Of a stretch of DNA of 64,000 nt, positions 61,201-64,000 are shown piece by piece. Position 1 is the first letter of the stretch, and each line of letters begins with the position of its first letter. The stretch comes from Thalia democratica (Eukaryota): positions 22,506,001-22,570,000 of the forward strand of contig OZ241827.1 of the NCBI GenBank assembly GCA_965202585.1, written 5' to 3'. The translations under genes and the position numbers were made by a program. Under the pieces are notes generated by a model. It worked only from the letters and a program-made list of their open reading frames with translations, was not told the origin of the DNA and did no database searches.

Positions 61201-62334
61201 AAATATAAAAATACTTTCTTGTTTTAGAGTTTTTTATACTTCTTTAAGTTTTATTTAAACTGTTTACAACAACACCTAATAAAATCTTTACTACAGATGA
61301 ATAAGTAAAAATAACAGGGAAAATAGACTATAAACTTATGTTATGTTCCTTTTGATATTTGAACTTAGTATTATTAAATGTACAGTTTAAGTTTAACTTA
61401 AGTATGTCCTAATCACTTACTAATTTAGAAAGAAATAGATTGTTATAATTTAGAGTAAAATAAAAAATATTAAATCTTTTTGTTAAACAAACAACTGATT
61501 TAGCTCAAGAACTTAGAATGTGTAAGAACTTTAGTTTATTATACTTTACTACGAACTTTAACTTTATGCAATGGTTTTTAAAACTTTTAGTAACTGTACA
61601 CAGTTAATTACTGGAAAATATTTTATTGCATGCTTGATGAAAATATTGTTCTACTATAACCAATAATATTATTATTATTTAGTAGTTTTTATTTGTAAAT
61701 AGCATATAAAAAATATTAAAGATTCATCAAAAATTGAATTTCAGACCAAGTTGAGTTACACTGAACAGGCCATAAGTTCTTGGACTAACTAAAAACGGAT
61801 TATAGGCAAAAATAACAAAACACAGTTTTCAAAAATGACCGAAAACTACAAATAAGGAAACAAAGAATAAATTCAAACTAATTATTTTCTATGTGATGTC
61901 AAACATTTTTTTAAAAAGAATATAACTAATTTTATTAAGTTATCGGATAAGATACGCGGCGCTTCCTGTAACTTTTTAGCTTTTTTTCAGAACATATGTC
62001 TTCAAAGCACCAACACTTAGATGAACAATAGATAAAACCTTTACTTTAACATAGACCACATTGAGTAATCCACTAAGATTAAAACAAGCATTGCAGGAGG
62101 TCATATCTTCTAACTCAAGAATCTACAAAATTGTTTTTTGTTTTATTTTTATTTTATTGAGGGTTTACATCAGAGTTTCCCAAACTCATTTCATAAACGC
62201 CCTTTGGCACAAATTAAAATAAAAATTGCCCCCATTTGTTATATATTGTCCCTTTACTAATTGATTATCCATTTAATTTTTGCCCCTTACTATTTAAGAC
62301 GCCCTGATATCCAAAATCGACCCTAGAAGTTAAG

Positions 62335-63010
62335 GTTTAGATGGTGCTTTATGTTGTTAGATTTGAAAGGCTATTCTTTGTAATGTATTCATCTCTATAA
62401 AAGATAGGACCACAATAAAATTGATTTAGTGATCCATATAAACTTTATCCCTGTTAAACAAAAACCAGAGGTGACTTTCAAGATAATAAGACTGTAGCAA
62501 ACAACATGAGTGAAAAGGCTTCTATTGGTATTAGGCTTATCTACCAGACTTATCAATAAGTGCTTAAAACTTTGTATACACTCTGTTATTCTGATGGTTA
62601 AAAATAAGTTCCAATTGTGAAGATTTCCTTGATCAAGTAAAATATATCTTGCTCTGCTTAACCAATCTTAAAATTAATTTATAATAGTTTTGGTTCTATA
62701 ATTTTTTTCGACTGGTGAGAGGTATTATTAATTTTTCATCTCTGTTTGAAACAGTTTTCGGTAATTCTTTTAATTGAGGTCACACTCTAAAGTTATCTTT
62801 CTAAATCTCTTTTGATTCTTCCTTATTCTTTTCTTAACAGCTTTTACTATCTTGTTTAATTGATAAGTGTGTAGTCTTCCACTCCTAAGACAGTCTAATG
62901 AACTTAGGTTCTTAAATTTTTTCATTACATTGTATCCCGTATAACCGCTACCTTAAAGACCTTAATAATCTCTAAGCTTATCCTTCATACATTAGGAAGT
63001 TGAACTAAAA
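62335..63010 (-). pseudogene. decayed Tc1/mariner-superfamily transposase, maT (DD37D, Bmmar1-like)
   Basis: Minus-strand fragments YNVMKKFKNLSSLDCLRSGRLHT..KIVKAVKKRIRKNQKR, KIFTIGTYFNHQNNRVY, SLMLFA..KSPLVFV*QG, with multiple stops and frameshifts; they match recalled Bmmar1 RSGRPRS..KVVKAVRERIRRNP and FTIEQHFNKQNDRIY. Confidence 0.75.
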
Positions 63011-64000
63011 TAGTAAAGCAATAGGATTAAAATACATTTCAATACTCTATGATCTTGATCTTTCAATAATAAAAAGCACCATCGAAAACCTCAATAAAAA
63101 TTCGTAACTAGTAAAACTTTGACTTTGTATTTTTTAAGTAAAAAGACATTGACTCATTTATATTTTGAACTTGAAGAATTTTTGATGTGGTCTATGTTAA
63201 AAAATAAAGTTTTTTTGATGTTCATCCATTTATTTTAAACTTTTAATTAATTATTAACCTTAGTAAATTATTTCAGAAAAGAAAGCTTACTCTTAACTAT
63301 AAAGGATGGAAACCACATAAAAAAAAACAGTTTAAATTTATTTCCATTTTTTCTTAGTTATTCATTTATTTCTGCTAATAAACTATTTTTAAACTCGCCT
63401 AAGAACCCATGCCCCACCCTGTATTGTCTTTTTTTTTGCATATTTTAAAAGTGCATTAGTTATTAAAACAAATTTATTAAACCACATAAAAATAGTTACA
63501 TTAAATGCTAGAAATAAACTAGTCTTTAAAAATAAATTGTTTCTAATGATTGATTTCATTTAAACTTTAAAGTATGTCTAATAGAAACTTGTTGAAGTTG
63601 GTTATAAATGGTAGCATGCTTATTTATCCTACTTTCAGTAATAATAACTGTTATAGAAATCTTAAAGAAGGTGGAATTTATCAAATACAAAAATAATAAC
63701 TGCAACTTACAGTTCTAGGGTCAATCCATTGAGTTTGCTTGTAATAATTTTTATAAGTATATCAAACAATATTTATTGTACTTTTTCAATAAAAAAACTG
63801 AAGACAAACACTATTTTAAATACTTTAGTTCAACAAACAACATTTCCTGAAAAATGCTTTTAAATTATTAATGTTTGTTAATAATTTTATTATTCCAAAA
63901 ATGTTTATTATGTATATATATATATTCAATATGCTTACACCACAACTAATTATATCTAAAACCTTAATACTATCTACATAAAGTTAAACTTAGATTAAAG

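Noticed and set aside
1-64000. tRNA, rRNA and spliceosomal snRNA genes
   Set aside because: No GGTTCGA T-loop in a cloverleaf context and no recognisable rRNA or U snRNA signature found by eye.

Overview
AT-rich animal (metazoan) genomic DNA with GC-richer exons; no prokaryotic features, tRNA, rRNA or CRISPR array seen. Five protein-coding genes could be assembled by hand with phase-consistent GT-AG junctions: (1) an intronless eIF4B-derived protein carrying five RRMs (1067-3217, +); (2) a 10-exon SLC6 nutrient amino-acid transporter (20835-28693, +); (3) a 20-exon integrin beta subunit (32848-43088, +); (4) a 7-exon TMEM143/DUF3754-like gene (44304-51021, -); (5) a 5'-incomplete 8-exon gene with a CUE/UBA-like domain and Gly-Pro repeats (55712-60626, -). 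Non-coding DNA holds a minimal type I hammerhead ribozyme variant lacking core nucleotide 7 (31088-31127, -), six copies of a three-hairpin SINE-like repeat, a rearranged Penelope-like retroelement relic, a maT/DD37D transposase relic, several MITE/foldback elements, a structured GC island at 8.1-8.7 kb and a heavily decayed tandem duplication field at 3.5-18.5 kb. All homology calls come from recalled motifs, not from database searches. The most promising leads are the five-RRM eIF4B paralog, the hammerhead variant and the structured repeat family.
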